A DNA stretch of 64,000 nt from Cirrosporium novae-zelandiae (Eukaryota): assembly GCA_026023565.1 (NCBI GenBank), contig JAPETS010000019.1, forward strand, positions 62,001 to 126,000, read 5' to 3'. The notes beneath the pieces were generated by a model. It did not search any database. It worked only from the letters and a program-made list of their open reading frames with translations, and was not told the DNA's origin. The translations under genes and the position numbers were made by a program. Of the stretch, positions 59,940 through 64,000 are shown one piece after another (position 1 is the first letter of the stretch; the number at the start of each line of letters is the position of its first letter).

Positions 59940-62900
59940 ATGAGTCCCATCTTAAAAGACGAAAACGCTTTTGACAAGGCGCTGCGGGAAGTCAAGAGAC
60001 AGTATAGGGAGGAGCTGACAACAAAAGAACTCGCAAAAATTAATACTCCAACGAATGTCGACGACTTGCTTTCCACGGCAAGACACATCAGCAAGACATA
60101 CGAGTCACAAAAGCAGGGAAATTTTACCCAGCTTCTCGGAGCCCTTGATAAATATGGCTCCAATATTCGAACGTATGATCGTCTTCTTGAGGGAGTTTGC
60201 AAGCTTAGCCCAGCTGGGGGAGAACTACTATGGGGTAGCATTATGTTTGTGTTCGAGGTTAGACCAACTCTGCAGCTTTGGAATGGACTCAATAACGACT
60301 AAATAAATGTACAGATGGCGAGATATAACGTTGATGCCTCCGACCAGGTATTGAGCTTCTTCACTACGTTAGCTCAACGAATGGACTACCTAAATAGCCT
60401 GGAAAACACATTCGCCAAGGAGGCGATAATTGCGCCGTCTTTGGAATCCACGTACATATCGATGATCAAATTTTGGGCAGAAGCAGTGAAGCATAGCCGA
60501 ACTAGGGGCTTCAGTAATTCTACACACCCTCTACAGATTATAATACCTAACTGACAAGATTTACATAAAGGCAGAGTTATTCGGTTTTTATTCCCCGGGT
60601 CCGTTGTTCGGAAGTTCAAAAGCCTTGATGCCGAGATACAAAAGCAGATGAAAACACTCGAGAATGTTGCTGCTGCTCAACATTATCAAGATGAGAAGAG
60701 CTTTCATGGCGAGGCCTTGTCACACCTTAAAACTGAACAAGAAAGGAAGCACCTGGCCTGGATAGCAGCACCAGCTTATGAACAAGACTATAAGAAGGCA
60801 ACTAAGAAACGCCACGAAGGAACTTGCGAATGGATACTATCGAAAGATGTCTATAACGAATGGCAGCAAGACGTGAAAGGTAGAATACTTGTTATATATG
60901 GTATTGCAGGCGCTGGAAAGACCATATTGAGCTCTCTTCTCATCAAACAGTCAAGCCCAAAATTCAAGCCAAGCGGGAGAGATACTATCTGTATCTATCA
61001 TTATTTCAAAGCAGATGATGAGACAAAAAATACACCGCTTGCAGCAACTCGATCGTTTCTAGAACAGCTATACCTTGAACTTAAACCAAACAACGAAAAT
61101 GACAAATCGGCTCTGTCAATGGAAGTCGAAGCGCGCTCTTACAAACGCTCCTTAACCTTTGAGGACCTCTGGGCGGTCTTCAGGATTTTTGCTATATCAT
61201 CTCACGTTCATATCATCATTATCCTAGATGCAATGGATGAATGTAAAGGTCCGAAACCATTTATCCGAGAACTTCACAACCTTTGTAAAGCTGAAGCCGT
61301 GAAAGTTGTGATTACGGCTCGGAAGGATGGTGAGCACGTTGAAGAATTTCGCCGAGCTTCAGGCGTTCAAACTATTGACATACAGCAAGAGGATCTAAAA
61401 AGAGATATTGCTTCATTCGTGAAATATAAAATCAACAAGATCGAACGACTGAAGGAACCCAAAGATAGGCCCCTGAGGGAAAACGTCATTGCAGATCTTG
61501 GAAAGGTTGAAAACCATGGTGGTATGTTCCTGTGGGCCTACCTAATGTGTAAGGACGTGAAAGATCAGATAAGCATCCCAGCCATATGGAAATTGCTCCA
61601 GGAACTTCCAAAGGGTCTTGACGCCGTTTACATAAAAATCTTGAAAAAGCTAAACCAACTGCCAAAGGAACAGCAAGATTTCAGCTGTCTAGTTTTGAAG
61701 TGGATCGTGGGTAGCAGTAGACCTCTTCGTTTCCCCGAGTTAGAGCAGGCTTTGAGACAGGCACCTCCGATAGATGATCTTTTCGATGACGACGAAGGCG
61801 AATGTGGACTCAGATGGTCTCGAAAGGATATCGTACGTGTATGTGGCTCGCTTGTTTCTTATAGCGGACTAGAAGATGGTGATGTAGTCTCCCTGATCCA
61901 TTTGTCAACCAGAGACTTTTTGAAGAGCGACCCTAGGCAACTTGAGCTGGATTCTCCAATTGCCAAATATTTTGTTGATATCTTTTCTGCCGAGATTATA
62001 CTATGCAATTCCTGCTTGGACTTTCTTCTGAGTGAGCATCTCCATAGAAGTGCGCACTTTCGAGGAAGACAGTTGATAAATCGCGTTTGGAACCCCCCCT
62101 CCGATGACTTTCTAGCCTCATATCCTTTTTTTGATTATGCTGTGCTTTATTGGTCCGACTATGCTCTCGATGTATTTGAGACGTTTGATCACTCAAAATC
62201 CCAAGTACACCAGCCGGAAGTACCCCAGTTGGAAAGGAAAATTTCGAAATTCAGCCAACAAGAGTTCTCTACTATCTGGCTTGAAGAGTATATTCGACAA
62301 GTCACAGTGGAATTTGCATACTATACATTTTCACGATTTCAAGGTATAAGGTTGCTTAGCCCCGACCTTGTAAATTGGACACTCTCAATCAAAGACACTT
62401 TGAATAACTTTGGACTCACTATCTCGAAAAAACCGCAAACAATACATAGGTATTCGAATACAAACTCATCATATATTCGACGAAACAAAATAATACAAGA
62501 GACACATTACTTTAACTCTGGTGATGATAATATTAAGTCCGATGACCAAAGAACAACAATGGAAAAGGCTGATCGAGCATGGCTTGAGTACGAACCTCGC
62601 TCAGGCAGTCTCTACTCTGCAAGATATATTGCTGATACCATATCATTAAGTCGGGTTACCTTAGACACCAAGGCAAGATATCGAGCAGCCATCGACGCAG
62701 GAGAAGTGAGCCCCGCTGGAAAATGGGTTGTTCGATCCGCAGTCATCCGAGATAGAGGTAGCTTTATTGCGATTACCTTTTGTCCTTTGGGGAGAGGAAA
62801 CGTGCCCGATCTACTGTTTTTGCGTACAGTTTGTTGGAGTGTCATATCTGGTCATGATAGCAAGAGCAATAGTAGATGGGCCGAAATCGCTTTTATTGAC

Positions 62901-64000
62901 CGCCTGGAAGACCCCGGCTGTTCTATATTCAGACATATTGTTCCATCGTTTTCCATCGTCGATGGACGAGCTGACGTTGTAGCGTTCGGTGACAGCCATA
63001 CGCTTATTGCTCCTGGAGGGATTTGGAATATACTTACAGAAGAAAAGGTTGCTCGCCCTACTGCGATATATGAACCTGACCCGAGCCTGAAGGTGTCATA
63101 TACATGTTTCAGTGGAAATGGTAATCGGGTTGCCAGGGTCAGTCATCAAAGTGAGCTTCAGGTACTCGACATCAAAGGAAATATCCTCTTGCGCCATGAA
63201 TTTCCAGTCCTAAAATCAGAAGACCAAAGCGTTCATATTCTTGCCTTTAGCCCTTCCGGCAAAAAGCTTATTCTTTGGTTCAGAGAAGACTTACGACAAA
63301 ATGATGGGGCTTTTGAAGCATTCAAGTCCCGGCGGCTTTGTTTCTACGCTGATGAAGGAAGATGTGTAGAGCTCCATACCCCCCCGAAACTTACGGCTTT
63401 ACAATTCCCTAAGTTCAATAAAGGGGAGAACTTTATCATTGGCAGGATCCCTGAAATCAGATATAGCGAAACAGACACAAATACCTTGGAAGGTAGTTCT
63501 ATCGCTTTGTGGACCTTGCCCCTTGACCCCGCTTCCGATTCCGAGGCCCAGATGGTCTTTCTCTTCAAAAGCATTACTACCAGATTGACGTTTTCATTTA
63601 TGTGGAATAAAGCCGCCCGTGAACAAATGGTTATACTCGCAGATTCTGATGGCTCCATACATCAGCGACCCTTGAAGCAGCAGTGGTCAGCAGACGAGGA
63701 GGAAGCCTTGCTTAGTTCGCGCCACTTCCTCACTGCAGGTGGTAAATCTATTCAGTGTATTTCAAGTGACGGATCAAAGTTACATATGGCTTTGTGCTCT
63801 AACATTAAGTGAGTTGTATAACGATTCTACGAATCTTACCCTCTAACACGCATAGCTTGACTTCACCAAATCTTACCTACGAGTCCTGGACGCTCGGGAC
63901 TCGACCACCGCATCTTATTATGCGACTTTCTGATACGCCCAAAGCCTCCGATTGTAGCGACATATCACTGAGCCACGATGCTCGATATATAGGTGCCAAA
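59940..64000 (+). CDS. NACHT-domain NLR-like (STAND) protein with helical N-terminal domain and probable degenerate beta-propeller C-terminus; 3' end lies beyond the window
   Basis: Exons about 59940-60257, 60315-60513, 60571-63808, 63856->64000; RHEGTCEWI, Walker A GIAGAGKT, Walker B IILDAMDEC, GMFLWA, LPKGLDAVY, IHLSTRDFL, FFDYAVLYW; WD-like segments (FSGNGNRVA, AFSPSGKKL). Confidence 0.9.

Noticed and set aside
59940..60257. N-terminal amyloid signalling motif on the NLR
   Set aside because: No G/N/Q-rich HRAM, PP or sigma-like motif, and no adjacent effector gene with a matching C-terminus.

Overview
Filamentous ascomycete (Pezizomycotina-type) genomic DNA: short GT-AG introns with CTAAC/CTGAC branch points, a dispersed 5S rRNA gene and RIP-like mutation. 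Exon boundaries were called by eye, and family assignments come from motif recognition, not database searches. There are four zones. (1) 0.8-11.6 kb: a compact five-gene cluster (CocE/NonD hydrolase, C2H2+Zn2Cys6 transcription factor, XIP aquaporin, EthD protein, MDR enoyl-reductase-like enzyme), with a dense AATTCCG motif array and a duplicated 64-bp promoter segment. (2) 13.5-24.6 kb: a decayed non-self-recognition-type island (AAA+ ATPase, HET-domain gene, protein kinase, patatin-NB-ARC-TPR NLR) around an intact 5S rRNA gene. (3) 25.6-43.1 kb: core-type genes, namely MET10, a DUF2011-like gene, and a phytochrome head-to-head with a gene encoding a catalytically degenerate HFCD flavoprotein domain + F-box-like motif + ankyrin-like repeats. 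This pair is the most intriguing candidate system, because the partner's architecture parallels plant ZTL/FKF1. (4) 44-64 kb: accessory-type region with F-box-like genes, a GH5 endoglucanase, a 620-bp hAT-type non-autonomous transposon and a NACHT NLR that runs off the window end.
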